This document shows positions 51,433 through 62,042 of a stretch of DNA of 64,000 nucleotides, piece after piece (within the stretch, counting starts at the first letter, position 1; every line of letters begins with the position of its first letter). The notes beneath the pieces are model-generated. The model worked only from the letters and a program-made list of their open reading frames with translations, ran no database searches and had not been told where the DNA came from. A program made the translations under genes and the position numbers. Source of the DNA: Candidatus Binatia bacterium (lineage in GTDB: Bacteria; Desulfobacterota; Binatia; UBA9968; CAXXLF01); the NCBI GenBank assembly GCA_963664015.2, contig CAXXLF010000002.1, forward strand, positions 1,664,001-1,728,000. The letters are read 5' to 3'.

Positions 51433-51513
51433 GGTCAAAAGTCAATTGTAAACGATCAATGGGTCAGGGTTGGCATTCCTTGGTGACACACCAATTACTA
51501 TTGACCATTGACT
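51433..51513. repeat. Heptad-unit inverted repeat between nuoD and nuoE
   Basis: GTCAAAA GTCAATT GTAAACG ATCAATG facing CAATTAC TATTGAC CATTGAC. Confidence 0.6.
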
Positions 51514-51529
51514 AAGAAGTAGTTTCACT

Positions 51530-52003
51530 ATGGCTCTAGAATTCTCACCGCAAGCACTCCAGAAGGTCTCCGAAGTCATCGGCCGCTATCCCCACAAGCA
51601 ATCCGCGGTGGTGCCCGTGCTGTACCTAGCCCAAGAGGAATTTGGCCACCTTAGCCAGGAAGCCATCGAATACGTCGCCAACCTGATGGAGATCCCTGCG
51701 GCCCGGCTCTACGGCATCGTCAGTTTTTACACCATGCTGAACATGCAGCCGGTGGGAAAACACCATATCCAGGTTTGCCGTACGCTGCCCTGCGCACTAC
51801 AGGGAGCAGGAAAGATCATCGCGTTTCTAAAAGAGCGCTTGTCCGTGGACCTTGGCGAAACGACCCCCGACGGCAAATTCACGTTTTCAGCGGTGGAGTG
51901 CCTCGCCTCTTGCGGCACCGCGCCGGTTATGCAGATCAACGATACGTACTATGAGAATCTGTCCCCGGAAAAAATTGAAAAGATTTTGGAATTGCTAAAA
52001 TAA
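51530..52003 (+). CDS. nuoE: Complex I subunit E
   Basis: CRTLPC and ECLASCGTAP [2Fe-2S] ligands. Confidence 0.96.
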   Translation: MALEFSPQALQKVSEVIGRYPHKQSAVVPVLYLAQEEFGHLSQEAIEYVANLMEIPAARLYGIVSFYTMLNMQPVGKHHIQVCRTLPCALQGAGKIIAFLKERLSVDLGETTPDGKFTFSAVECLASCGTAPVMQINDTYYENLSPEKIEKILELLK

Positions 52004-52014
52004 CCGGCAAAGCC

Positions 52015-53307
52015 ATGGAAAAGATCCTTCTGCGAAATATAGAGATTCCAGATTCCCACAAGCTCTCGGTCTACAAGTCCCATCGGGGCTACAATGCTCT
52101 TGAAAAGGCTCTGAAAGAGATGACCCCGGAACAGGTGACCGAGGAAGTGAGCGCTTCCGGACTTCGGGGGCGTGGAGGAGCAGGGTTCCCGACCGGGAAA
52201 AAGTGGAGTTTCGTGCCCAAGGATAACCCGAAACCTAAATATCTCATCGGCAACGCCGACGAAAGCGAACCGGGAACCTTCAAAGACCGGCTTTTGATTG
52301 AAAGAGACCCCCACGCCATCATCGAAGGCGCCATTCTCGCCGCTTATGCCATTCAGTCCCATCAAGGCTTCATTTACATCCGCGGTGAGTTTATGTACGG
52401 CAGCCGGGTATTGGAAAAGGCCATCGAAGAAACCCGCCAAGCGGGTTATCTCGGTAAAAATATTCTCGGCTCCGGATATGACCTTGAGCTTACCCTTCAC
52501 CGGGGAGCCGGCGCCTATATCTGCGGAGAAGAGACCGCCCTGCTATCATCCCTAGAGGGTGGAAAGGGTTGGCCCAAGCTGAAGCCTCCATTCCCGGCAA
52601 CCCACGGTCTGTTCGGTTGTCCGACGGTAGTCAATAATGTGGAGACCCTAGCGGCGCTGCCCTGGATCCTCGATCAGGGGGCCGCCCGATACGCAGCCCT
52701 GGGAAGCGAAAAGAGTAAAGGGACAAAGCTATTCAGCGTTTCCGGACATATCCGCAAACCTGGTGTTTACGAAGTGGAGCTCGGGTATCCGCTCAAGTCA
52801 TTTCTAGAGGAAACCTGCGGCGGCATGCGCGAAGGAAGGGAGCTGAAGGCGGTCGTTCCCGGCGGTTCTTCAGTACCCGTCTTGCGCAAGAATGAGATTG
52901 ACGGAGTCCTAATGGATTACGAATCCATTGCAGCAGCGGGGAGTATGCTGGGATCCGGGGGTGTGATCGTCATGGACGACACCACCTGCATGGTCCAAGC
53001 GGCCTGGAATATCGCCCGTTTTTACGCCCATGAATCGTGCGGCCAGTGCTCACCCTGCCGTGAGGGTTGCCACTGGCTTGAAAAAATATTCGGCCGCATC
53101 GAAACCGGCCGTGGGGCCAAGGAAGACCTGGATCTGGTATTGAGCGTAACCCGCAACATCTCGGGAAATACCATCTGCCCACTAGGCGATGCGGCGGCCA
53201 TGCCCGCTACTAACTTCGTCAAGAAATTCCGGGATGAGTTCGAGCAGCACATCAAACAGCGCAAGTGTCCCATGGCCGGGCATGGCGACAACGTGGTCGC
53301 TCATTGA
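52015..53307 (+). CDS. nuoF: Complex I subunit F
   Basis: GLRGRGGAGFPTG, NADESEPGTFKDR, GAGAYICGEETAL and ESCGQCSPCREG motifs. Confidence 0.98.
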   Translation: MEKILLRNIEIPDSHKLSVYKSHRGYNALEKALKEMTPEQVTEEVSASGLRGRGGAGFPTGKKWSFVPKDNPKPKYLIGNADESEPGTFKDRLLIERDPHAIIEGAILAAYAIQSHQGFIYIRGEFMYGSRVLEKAIEETRQAGYLGKNILGSGYDLELTLHRGAGAYICGEETALLSSLEGGKGWPKLKPPFPATHGLFGCPTVVNNVETLAALPWILDQGAARYAALGSEKSKGTKLFSVSGHIRKPGVYEVELGYPLKSFLEETCGGMREGRELKAVVPGGSSVPVLRKNEIDGVLMDYESIAAAGSMLGSGGVIVMDDTTCMVQAAWNIARFYAHESCGQCSPCREGCHWLEKIFGRIETGRGAKEDLDLVLSVTRNISGNTICPLGDAAAMPATNFVKKFRDEFEQHIKQRKCPMAGHGDNVVAH

Positions 53308-53347
53308 GTGGGAGAAGGAAAATTCCTAGACAATTTTAACCAACACT

Positions 53348-54919
53348 ATGGAAACGGTAACCATCACCATCGACGGGCAGGAACTCCAGGCCGGAAAAGA
53401 CCGAACGGTCATCCAAGCGGCTTCGGAAGCGGGGATCGACATTCCCCACTACTGCTATCACCCCAAGCTTTCCATTGCGGGCAACTGCCGCATGTGTCTG
53501 GTGGAGATCGAGAAAATTCCTAAGCTTCAGATCGCCTGCAACACCCTGGTGCGGGACGGGATGGTCGTCAAATCCCAGAGCCCCCAGGTCATAGAGGCAC
53601 GCCGGGGAGTCCTGGAATTTCTCCTGATCAATCATCCTCTGGACTGTCCCATTTGCGACCAGGCCGGCGAGTGCTGGTTGCAGAATTATTATATGGAGTA
53701 CTCCATGGAGGGCAGCCGGTTCAGCGAAAGGAAGGAGCCGGAACGCAAACGCCAGCCCTTTGGCCCCCATGTGGTTTTCGATTCCGAGCGATGCATAAAG
53801 TGTACCCGTTGTGTGCGGTTCTTAGACGAAATCACCGAAACCCATGAGCTTACCGTCATGAACCGGGGTGACGACTCGACCATCGCTCTGTTCCCCGGCA
53901 AGACTCTCGACAACCCCTTCTCGGCCAACGTGAATGACATCTGTCCTGTGGGGGCACTGACCGATCGAGACTTCCGCTTCAAGGTGCGTATTTGGTACCT
54001 CAAGTCCACACCTTCAATCTGCCCCGGATGCAGTACCGGATGTAACATCAATGTCGAGACCTACCAGAACCGTATCGCTCGCTTCAAACCCCGGGTCAAC
54101 GAATCGGTCAATAACCACTGGATCTGCGACGAGGGCCGTTATTGTTTTAATGACCTAACGGAAGGAGAGCGTCTCACCTCCCCATGGGTACGCCAAGAGG
54201 GTGGGACCCTGATTCCGACGGATTGGGAAACGGCCCTCCATGCGGTCCTGGGTGGGATGAAGGCCTCGGGAAGCAACGCGGGTCTGATTTCCGGGAGAAG
54301 CACCAATGAGGAGGCTTTTCTTTTTACCAAACTCATGAGCGGCATGACACCGCAAGCCGCTCTCGAGGTCGCCTATCAGGAACGGGAACTGACAGCCGTG
54401 GAACGAAAGCTCAAGAGTCCCGACCGGAGCCCGAATTTCCGCGGTGCCAGGGAGATGGGTGCGGGGTCTGATCTTGGTCTCGAAGGTTGGGTCGAGAAAC
54501 TCCTTCAGGGCGAGTTCCGCAGCCTCTATCTGATCGGCGAGGACTTGGCTTCGCAGGTTCGCGACGGGGACCGAACCCAACGGGCACTCAAAGGCCTCGC
54601 CTTTTTGGTGGTCCAGGACATCCGGATGACTGAAACCGCCCAGTTGGCCCACGTCGTGTTGCCTGCAATCCATTTCGGTGAAAAGGACGGCACCTATACC
54701 AACCGACAGGGGAGGATTCAGAGGCTTCGTCCCGCTTTGATCGCACCGACAGGAGCTCTACCAGATCACGAGATCTTTAACCGCTTGCTGCTCGCCGCCC
54801 GAATTCCATCGCCCGGTCAGAGTCCCAAGGAAATCTTCGGAAAAATCGCATCTGAGGTACCCCGATACCAGGGCGTGGATTATGACAGCCTTGGAGAGTC
54901 CGGTGTGCAGCCCGATTGA
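53348..54919 (+). CDS. nuoG: Complex I subunit G (short, 523 aa)
   Basis: CYHPKLSIAGNCRMC, HPLDCPICDQAGEC, CIKCTRC and CPGCSTGC motifs. Confidence 0.93.
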   Translation: METVTITIDGQELQAGKDRTVIQAASEAGIDIPHYCYHPKLSIAGNCRMCLVEIEKIPKLQIACNTLVRDGMVVKSQSPQVIEARRGVLEFLLINHPLDCPICDQAGECWLQNYYMEYSMEGSRFSERKEPERKRQPFGPHVVFDSERCIKCTRCVRFLDEITETHELTVMNRGDDSTIALFPGKTLDNPFSANVNDICPVGALTDRDFRFKVRIWYLKSTPSICPGCSTGCNINVETYQNRIARFKPRVNESVNNHWICDEGRYCFNDLTEGERLTSPWVRQEGGTLIPTDWETALHAVLGGMKASGSNAGLISGRSTNEEAFLFTKLMSGMTPQAALEVAYQERELTAVERKLKSPDRSPNFRGAREMGAGSDLGLEGWVEKLLQGEFRSLYLIGEDLASQVRDGDRTQRALKGLAFLVVQDIRMTETAQLAHVVLPAIHFGEKDGTYTNRQGRIQRLRPALIAPTGALPDHEIFNRLLLAARIPSPGQSPKEIFGKIASEVPRYQGVDYDSLGESGVQPD

Positions 54920-54934
54920 ATCGCATCATTAGCC

Positions 54935-56023
54935 ATGGTGGATCTAATGATCATAGGAGCCAAGGTCGCTCTCGTTCTGTTCATGGTATTGAACCTGGCG
55001 GGCATCATGGGCTGGGTTGAGAGAAAAGGGAGCGCTCTGATTCAGGATCGCATTGGTGCCAATCGCGCCTCCGTATTCGGATTTGCCGGTCTCGGACTGG
55101 TCAATACCCTGCTGGCCGATCCCATCAAGTTTTTAACCAAGGAGGACTTCATTCCTCCCAGGGGCGATAGGCTGCTGCACACATTGGCACCCTGCCTGGC
55201 CCTCTTCCCGGCTCTAGTCACCTTTGCGGTCATCCCCTTTGGTGACGTGCTGATCATAGGCGAGCGTACGATCAATCTGCAAGTGGCCAATATCAACGTG
55301 GGGATCCTCTACCTTTTCGCCTTCGGTTCCCTTGGAGTCTACGGCATCGTTATTGGCGCCTGGGCCTCGAATAACAAATTTTCCCTGTTGGGAGGAATCC
55401 GAGGATCGGCCCAGATGATCTCCTATGAAATCCCCCTTGGGTTATCGATCATGGGCATCCTGATGATTTACCAGACTCTGGAGCCGCAGCAGATCGTGCG
55501 CGGCCAGGGGGCCCTTCTATGGGGATGGCTCCCCGCATGGGGAATTGTCCTTCAGCCGGTGGCTTTCTTTCTCTTTTTTACTGCCGCCGTAGCGGAGGCC
55601 AAGAGAATTCCCTTTGACCTTCCCGAGGGCGAATCCGAACTCGCCGCCGGGTTTCATACGGAGTATTCGGGCGGTAAATTTCTCATGTTCTTTACCGCCG
55701 AGTTTGCCGAGATGGTCACCGCCGCCGCCCTCATCACGACATTATTTTTTGGTGGTTGGCAGGTTCCTTACCTCATGGGCGACGGCTTTCACTTTCCCTG
55801 GGGCTCGACTCTGCCTCTGCCACACCTCACTGTGGTGGTTCTTCAGGTCGCGGCCTTCATCACCAAGGTCTTTTTCTTCTCGTGGTTGTTTATTTTACTG
55901 CGTTGGACAGTTCCCCGATTCCGCTATGATCAGGTCATGCGCCTTGGTTGGAAGATGCTCCTCCCCCTGTCGTTGGTCAACCTGGTAGTAACCGCCGTGG
56001 TCATCGTCGTATGGGACTTTTAG
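54935..56023 (+). CDS. nuoH: Complex I subunit H (cluster 2)
   Basis: ERK..QDRIGANR, PFDLPEGESEL and PRFRYDQ motifs. Confidence 0.96.
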   Translation: MVDLMIIGAKVALVLFMVLNLAGIMGWVERKGSALIQDRIGANRASVFGFAGLGLVNTLLADPIKFLTKEDFIPPRGDRLLHTLAPCLALFPALVTFAVIPFGDVLIIGERTINLQVANINVGILYLFAFGSLGVYGIVIGAWASNNKFSLLGGIRGSAQMISYEIPLGLSIMGILMIYQTLEPQQIVRGQGALLWGWLPAWGIVLQPVAFFLFFTAAVAEAKRIPFDLPEGESELAAGFHTEYSGGKFLMFFTAEFAEMVTAAALITTLFFGGWQVPYLMGDGFHFPWGSTLPLPHLTVVVLQVAAFITKVFFFSWLFILLRWTVPRFRYDQVMRLGWKMLLPLSLVNLVVTAVVIVVWDF

Positions 56024-56035
56024 AGTAACCGATCC

Positions 56036-56536
56036 ATGAACGCCGAATTGATCACTTTTTATATCCTGGCGACATTGCTCATCGTGTCTTCCCTCTCGGT
56101 GATCTTCCAGAGAAATCCGATTTACAGCGCGCTCTCCCTCGTTGCGGCACTCTTTTTTGTTGCCGTTCTCTTTCTAACGCTGCAGGCACCGATGCTCGCT
56201 ATCCTGCAGATCCTCATCTATGCGGGCGCCATTATGGTTATTTTTCTCTTTGTCATTATGCTGCTCAATCCTGACGCTCGTGAGCCCAGGCGGTTCCTGT
56301 GGTGGGGTTTTGGCTCGCTGGCGGCCGGCATCCTCGCCCTCGAGCTGATTGCGTTGGTTATCCCTAGGGGCGCGAAGGTGTGGTCCGGCGGTGGTGCCGT
56401 AGGCCCAGACTTCGGCAGTCCCAAGAAACTCGCCGAGAGCCTCTTTACCGATTTCATGCTGCCCTTCGAGGTCGCGTCCGTTCTGCTCCTGGTCGCCCTT
56501 ATCGGAATCGTCGTTCTGGCCAAAAGGGAGGCCTGA
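56036..56536 (+). CDS. nuoJ: Complex I subunit J (cluster 2)
   Basis: [11 protein letters not shown] and [11 protein letters not shown] motifs. Confidence 0.95.
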   Translation: MNAELITFYILATLLIVSSLSVIFQRNPIYSALSLVAALFFVAVLFLTLQAPMLAILQILIYAGAIMVIFLFVIMLLNPDAREPRRFLWWGFGSLAAGILALELIALVIPRGAKVWSGGGAVGPDFGSPKKLAESLFTDFMLPFEVASVLLLVALIGIVVLAKREA

Positions 56537-56544
56537 TAAGAGCT

Positions 56545-56847
56545 ATGCTGTCACTCAACTACTATCTTGCACTGAGTGCTCTGATCTTTGCCATTGGTGT
56601 GATGGGCGTCATTATCCGGCGTAACCTGATCATCATCATGATGTCCATAGAGCTCATGCTCAATGCGGTTAATCTGGCCTTTGTGGCCTTGGCCCGTAGC
56701 CACGGCTCCATGGATGGGCAAACCATAGTGGTCTTTGTTATGGCAGTTGCGGCGGCTGAGGCCGTAGTGGGGCTGGCCATCGTCATTACCGTGTTCCGCC
56801 AGCGTCAGACCCTCGACCCCCAGGAGATGCAGCTTTTAAAAGGATAA
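56545..56847 (+). CDS. nuoK: Complex I subunit K (cluster 2)
   Basis: [13 protein letters not shown] and [10 protein letters not shown] motifs. Confidence 0.95.
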   Translation: MLSLNYYLALSALIFAIGVMGVIIRRNLIIIMMSIELMLNAVNLAFVALARSHGSMDGQTIVVFVMAVAAAEAVVGLAIVITVFRQRQTLDPQEMQLLKG

Positions 56848-56848
56848 C

Positions 56849-58741
56849 ATGGAATCTTCAGCCGTCATGGAAAGCTCATCCCTGCTACGCTGGATCCTCC
56901 TGGTCCCGCTACTTGGGGCGGTAATCAATATGATCTTCACTTCCTACAGGGACCGAAAAACGGCGGGGTGGCTGGCTTCCATCGCTCTCGCGGTTTCTTT
57001 CGGCCTGTCCCTGTGGATCTGGTTTGGGCTTTCCTCCGGTACCGTCTTGAACGATACACTGTTCACCTGGATCGAATCTCCGCCCTTCAAAGTGAAGATG
57101 TCCCTGTTGGTCGATCGGCTGACCCTCATTATGCTTCTGGTCATCACCGGCGTTGGGTTAATGATCCATATCTACTCCTTGGGCTATATGGGTAAGGACG
57201 AGGGCGGGGTACGTTACTTCGCGTACCTCAACCTCTTTATCTTCTTTATGCTTCTCCTGGTCCTCGCCGACAATCTACTGCTCCTCTTCGTCGGTTGGGA
57301 AGGCGTGGGGTTGTGTTCGTACCTCCTCATCGGGTTCTGGTATCAGGACCATACCAACACGATCGCCGCCAATAAGGCCTTTATCGTCAACCGCATCGGT
57401 GATGTCTGTTTCCTCCTGGGCCTCTTCCTGCTCTTTTGGGAGCTGGGACTCAAGGGGATCTGGACCTTGGACTTTGTCGAGCTCAAATCCCACGTCCACC
57501 TCCTATCGACGGGCAGGATTACCCTGATCACCCTGCTTCTGTTTGCCGGGGCGACGGGTAAGTCGGCCCAGATCCCCCTCTTTGTCTGGTTGCCGGATGC
57601 CATGCAGGGTCCAACACCGGTAAGCGCACTCATCCACGCGGCCACCATGGTGACCGCAGGCATCTATATGACCGCACGACTCCATTTCCTGTTTGCCCTG
57701 GCGCCTGCCACCCTGGCTGTGATTGCCGTGATCGGGGTCCTCACCGCCCTGTTCGCCGCCACTATCGCTACGGCGCAGAACGATATCAAACGGGTCCTAG
57801 CCTATTCCACCATTAGCCAGCTCGGCTACATGTTCCTCGCCGTTGGGGTGGGGGCATATTCGGCGGCTGTATTTCACCTCTTTACCCATGCCTTCTTCAA
57901 GGCATGCCTGTTTCTAAGCGCCGGCAGCGTGATTCACGGACTCCAGGGGGAGCAGGACATGAGGAAAATGGGGGGACTCAAAAGCTATTTTCCAAAGACC
58001 TACTGGACCTATCTCATTGCGGGATTGGCCCTATCCGGTGCGCCGTTAACCGCCGGCTTTTTCTCAAAGGACCAGATCCTGTGGCAGACCTTTAGTCACG
58101 GTTCGGTCTTGCTCTGGTTCGTAGCCTGGGGGACTGCCGGGCTTACAGCCTTTTACATGTTTCGCCAGTTCTTCATGGTCTTTCACGGCGAGTGCAAGGT
58201 GAACGATCACCTCCGCGCTCACATCCACGAGTCGCCCACCGTGATGACAGCGCCGCTCATGATTCTAGCTCTCGGATCTATCGTCACCGGATGGTTGGGA
58301 CTGCCCGAGTATCTGTTCGGCAGCGCTTGGGATCATTGGCTAGAACCGGTTTTTGGCACTCAAGTAAATGGCCACGGGGGAGTGCTTATAGAGATCCTGT
58401 TGATGCTGCTCACGGTCGGGTTAGCCGCAGGCGCCATCTATCTCGCATATCGCGCATACTCACCGCCATGGGTCGGCGGACTTCCCTACCGCCTTGCGCT
58501 GAACAAATACTACGTAGATGAGGTTTACGACTCATTGTTCGTTCGCCCCATGACTAGATTGGCTGATTGGTTTGCCCAGATCTTCGACATGGCTGTCGTG
58601 GATCGGTTCGTTAACGGTCTGGCTGCCCGTGTGCAGGCGAGTAGTTTTTTTTGGCGCCGCCTTCAGACCGGGAACGTTCAGCACTACCTGTTGTATTTCC
58701 TAGCCGGGACGCTTTTCGTACTGGGATATTATCTCTTTTAA
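56849..58741 (+). CDS. nuoL: Complex I subunit L (cluster 2)
   Basis: GKSAQIPLFVWLPDAMQGPTPVSALIHAATMV; QTGNVQHY. Confidence 0.97.
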   Translation: MESSAVMESSSLLRWILLVPLLGAVINMIFTSYRDRKTAGWLASIALAVSFGLSLWIWFGLSSGTVLNDTLFTWIESPPFKVKMSLLVDRLTLIMLLVITGVGLMIHIYSLGYMGKDEGGVRYFAYLNLFIFFMLLLVLADNLLLLFVGWEGVGLCSYLLIGFWYQDHTNTIAANKAFIVNRIGDVCFLLGLFLLFWELGLKGIWTLDFVELKSHVHLLSTGRITLITLLLFAGATGKSAQIPLFVWLPDAMQGPTPVSALIHAATMVTAGIYMTARLHFLFALAPATLAVIAVIGVLTALFAATIATAQNDIKRVLAYSTISQLGYMFLAVGVGAYSAAVFHLFTHAFFKACLFLSAGSVIHGLQGEQDMRKMGGLKSYFPKTYWTYLIAGLALSGAPLTAGFFSKDQILWQTFSHGSVLLWFVAWGTAGLTAFYMFRQFFMVFHGECKVNDHLRAHIHESPTVMTAPLMILALGSIVTGWLGLPEYLFGSAWDHWLEPVFGTQVNGHGGVLIEILLMLLTVGLAAGAIYLAYRAYSPPWVGGLPYRLALNKYYVDEVYDSLFVRPMTRLADWFAQIFDMAVVDRFVNGLAARVQASSFFWRRLQTGNVQHYLLYFLAGTLFVLGYYLF

Positions 58742-58913
58742 GTTGGGTTGTTAACGTTGTTTCAGGATAATGGACAACTCGCGAAGGGCGGAATATTCGG
58801 CACAGAGCAACCGGTACGCGGCCGGCAACGGGATGGAAGACTACTGACGACTGAGACCTGATTACCGAATCCTTTTTTATGAATACTCTCTCAAGGTTTG
58901 TGATGGTCGCTCT

Positions 58914-60470
58914 ATGACAGAATCGTTTCCAGGAATACTAACCCTACTCCTCGGCATCCCGCTGCTTGGCGCCGTGGTGATGGGTTTCATCCCCCGGAAC
59001 AGCAAGGGAAGCCTGTTTGGGTGCGCTCTGTTCTTTACCGTTTTGGATTTGCTCTGGTCACTCAACATTCTTTCCCGGTTCAATTCCACGCTGGGGGAAA
59101 TGCAGTTCGTGGAGCGGGTTGCCTGGATTCCGAGTTACGGGGTCGAGTATTTCATCGGGATTGACGGTCTCAGCCTCTTCCTCATTTTGCTCACTACTCT
59201 TCTCGGTCCCATCGCCATCCTGGCATCCTGGAGCATCGAGGAGAAGGTCAAAGAGTTCCTCCTGTTCATGCTCATCCTTCAAACCAGTATGCTGGGAACC
59301 CTGCTAGCCCTGGACCTCTTTCTCTTTTACGTTTTTTGGGAGGCCATGCTCATCCCCATGTATTTCATTATCGGGGTATGGGGCGGGCCTCGCCGCATCT
59401 ATGCGGCCCTCAAGTTCGTTATCTACACCATGAGTGGGAGCCTGATCATGCTAATTGGGATCATCGCACTGGTAACGACGGCGAGCCAACTCAACCAGAC
59501 TACCAGTTTCGACCTGCTGCGGCTTTACGACCTACGGCTTTCCTTTGAACAGCAGATGTGGCTTTTCCTGGCATTCTCCCTCTCCTTTGCTATCAAGGTT
59601 CCCCTTTTTCCTTTTCACACCTGGCTTCCCGATGCCCACGTTGAGGCACCTACAGCCGGTTCCGTGATCCTGGCGGGGGTCATGTTAAAGATGGGCACTT
59701 ATGGTTTTCTGCGCTTTGCGATCCCGCTTTTTCCCGACGCCGCCCGTGCGGCCGCTCCGTTCATCTCGACCCTTGCCGTCATTGGCGTCGTGTACGGGGC
59801 TCTTGTCGCAATGATGCAGAGTGATCTCAAAAAACTTGTGGCCTATTCGTCTGTGAGCCATCTGGGTCTGGTCATGCTGGGGCTCTTCGCCCTCAATCTG
59901 CAGGGAGTACAAGGGGCCGTCTATCAGATGATCAACCACGGCTTGTCCACTGCCGCCCTTTTCCTGGCCGTCGGGATGATCTACGAGAGACGCCATTCAC
60001 GGATGATAGCCGACTTTGGTGGCTTGTGGAAAGTGATCCCCCTCTTCTCCGTCATCTTTCTTGTCATCACGCTCTCTTCCATCGGCCTTCCCGGGCTCAA
60101 CGGGTTCGTCGGCGAGTTTTTGATTCTCCTCGGCGCCTTCAAGAACATGACCCCATGGGCCGTCGTTGCCGCCAGCGGGATCGTCCTGGCCGCCATCTAT
60201 ATGCTCTGGATGTACCGCCGGGTGTTCTTCGGCCCCATCTCCCCAGAGAACCAAACCCTTAAAGATGTGGGGACACGAGAGATCGTGGTGCTCGTTCCTA
60301 TCCTTGTACTGATCGTCTTTATGGGGATTTATCCCAAGCCCATTTTGAATCGCATATCGCCGTCGGTGGAGAAGATCATTGCCCGAATGGAGCGGCCCAC
60401 TACCCTGTCCCGCCAAACGCTAGAGGAACGACGAACAGCAGAGAAAGAGGGGGCTAGGCATGCAAATTAA
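58914..60470 (+). CDS. nuoM: Complex I subunit M (cluster 2)
   Basis: FWEAMLIP and PFHTWLPDAHVEAP motifs. Confidence 0.97.
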   Translation: MTESFPGILTLLLGIPLLGAVVMGFIPRNSKGSLFGCALFFTVLDLLWSLNILSRFNSTLGEMQFVERVAWIPSYGVEYFIGIDGLSLFLILLTTLLGPIAILASWSIEEKVKEFLLFMLILQTSMLGTLLALDLFLFYVFWEAMLIPMYFIIGVWGGPRRIYAALKFVIYTMSGSLIMLIGIIALVTTASQLNQTTSFDLLRLYDLRLSFEQQMWLFLAFSLSFAIKVPLFPFHTWLPDAHVEAPTAGSVILAGVMLKMGTYGFLRFAIPLFPDAARAAAPFISTLAVIGVVYGALVAMMQSDLKKLVAYSSVSHLGLVMLGLFALNLQGVQGAVYQMINHGLSTAALFLAVGMIYERRHSRMIADFGGLWKVIPLFSVIFLVITLSSIGLPGLNGFVGEFLILLGAFKNMTPWAVVAASGIVLAAIYMLWMYRRVFFGPISPENQTLKDVGTREIVVLVPILVLIVFMGIYPKPILNRISPSVEKIIARMERPTTLSRQTLEERRTAEKEGARHAN

Positions 60471-61944
60471 TCAGGTTAATCTGGTTAATCCGGACACCCT
60501 TCCCTCCCTCGCGGAGCTTTGGCTGGCCGGTCCGGTCATCGAGATTCTGATCGCTGCCTTGACGGTGCTTCTCTTGGACCTCTTTTTAAAGGATGAGGAC
60601 AAGGGAGCCCTGACTTGGATCAGCGTCCTGGGCCTGGCCACTGCCGGAGCCATGTCCCTGGTCCTCTGGCCAAGTGGCGAAGGCATCCTTTTCAATAGCC
60701 TTCGCATCGACGGCTTCAGCCTATTTTTTACCAATCTCCTTCTCGCTGCGGCCATACTGACATTGCTGTCCTCGGTCCATTACCTGAAAGAGACAAACAT
60801 TCAGAAGGGCGAGTTCCACGCCCTGATTCTCTTCAGCACCTTTGGTATGATCCTCATGGCTATGGCCAACGACCTGATCCTGTTTTTTCTCGCACTCGAG
60901 ACCATGTCCATCGGTGTCTATGTCCTCACCGGCATGTGGCACCAGCGAAGCGCGGCGGGAGAGGCCGCCATGAAATATTTCTTGAACGGCGCCTTCGCCT
61001 CCGGTTTTCTCCTCTACGGTATCGCCTTGATCTATGGGGCAACCGGATCCACCAACCTGGAGCGTATCGGAGATTATCTTTCCCAAAACCCCTTACAGGG
61101 GAACTTTCTTTTAATTACCGGTGCCGTGCTTCTATTGATTGGCCTCGCCTTCAAGGTAGCCGCAGTCCCCTTCCATTTCTGGGCTCCGGACGTTTATGAG
61201 GGTGCGCCGACTCCAGTCACCGGGTTCATGGCCGTAGCGGTCAAGGCCGCCGCCTTTGCTGGTTGGATCCGCATCGTAATGCATCAACTGAGTCCCCTGG
61301 AAGACCAATTGTCCTTTATCCTCTGGGCTATCGCGATCCTTACGATGACGGTCGGTAACCTCCTGGCCCTGACCCAGTCCAGTGTCAAACGAATGCTTGC
61401 CTATTCGAGCATCGCTCATGCGGGGTATCTCCTCATTGGGGTTATCGCAGGAAACGACATGGGAGGTTCGGCTGTACTCTTTTATATGCTGGTTTACACC
61501 CTCATGACCCTGGGGGCCTTCGGTGTCCTGATGGCCCTTCAGCAAGCGGGCAAGGACAACGACTCGTATCAGGCCTTTGCGGGTATCGGTTTCAAGCACC
61601 GCTTCTTAGCCCTGGCCATGTCGATCTTCATGCTCTCATTGGCCGGGTTTCCCCCTTTTGGAGGGTTTACCGGAAAGTTTTACCTATTTCGCTCGGCCGT
61701 TGAATCCGGCCACACGGTCCTTTCCGTCATCGCTGTTTTGAACAGCGTATTGTCCGTGGCCTATTATCTACGGGTCATCGTGATGATGTATATGCAGGAA
61801 GGACGGGGAGAAGCGAAACCCTTTCGCCGCTCCCCCTACCTCTACACGGCCATCGCAATCACGGCCCTTGGCATCCTCTGGCTAGGCGTAGCGCCGGATT
61901 TCCCATTGGAGCTCAGTCGAATCTCCATCGCCTCGCTCCGCTGA
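60460..61944 (+). CDS. nuoN: Complex I subunit N (cluster 2)
   Basis: EAAMKYF, PFHFWAPDVYEGAP and KRMLAYSSIAHAGY motifs. Confidence 0.96.
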   Translation: MQINQVNLVNPDTLPSLAELWLAGPVIEILIAALTVLLLDLFLKDEDKGALTWISVLGLATAGAMSLVLWPSGEGILFNSLRIDGFSLFFTNLLLAAAILTLLSSVHYLKETNIQKGEFHALILFSTFGMILMAMANDLILFFLALETMSIGVYVLTGMWHQRSAAGEAAMKYFLNGAFASGFLLYGIALIYGATGSTNLERIGDYLSQNPLQGNFLLITGAVLLLIGLAFKVAAVPFHFWAPDVYEGAPTPVTGFMAVAVKAAAFAGWIRIVMHQLSPLEDQLSFILWAIAILTMTVGNLLALTQSSVKRMLAYSSIAHAGYLLIGVIAGNDMGGSAVLFYMLVYTLMTLGAFGVLMALQQAGKDNDSYQAFAGIGFKHRFLALAMSIFMLSLAGFPPFGGFTGKFYLFRSAVESGHTVLSVIAVLNSVLSVAYYLRVIVMMYMQEGRGEAKPFRRSPYLYTAIAITALGILWLGVAPDFPLELSRISIASLR

Positions 61945-62008
61945 TTCAGACCCACAAAGAGGAACAAGAGCTGAGTAGGTCCGCAAAGCGCTCAGAGCCG
62001 GAGATCAG

Positions 62009-62042
62009 AAGTCAGCTGCTCTACCAACTGAGCTACCAGCCC
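62009..62042 (-). pseudogene. tRNA 5' half (positions 1-34), not an intact tRNA
   Basis: GGGCTGG TA GCTC AGTTGGTA GAGC A GCTGA CTT gives the acceptor 5' strand, D-arm and 5' anticodon stem; no contiguous 3' half. Confidence 0.8.

Noticed and set aside
58742-58913. nuoL-nuoM spacer as a hidden gene or another repeat element
   Set aside because: Too short for nuoB or nuoI, and it has only a weak GACTACT GACGACT tract with no clear inverted partner.
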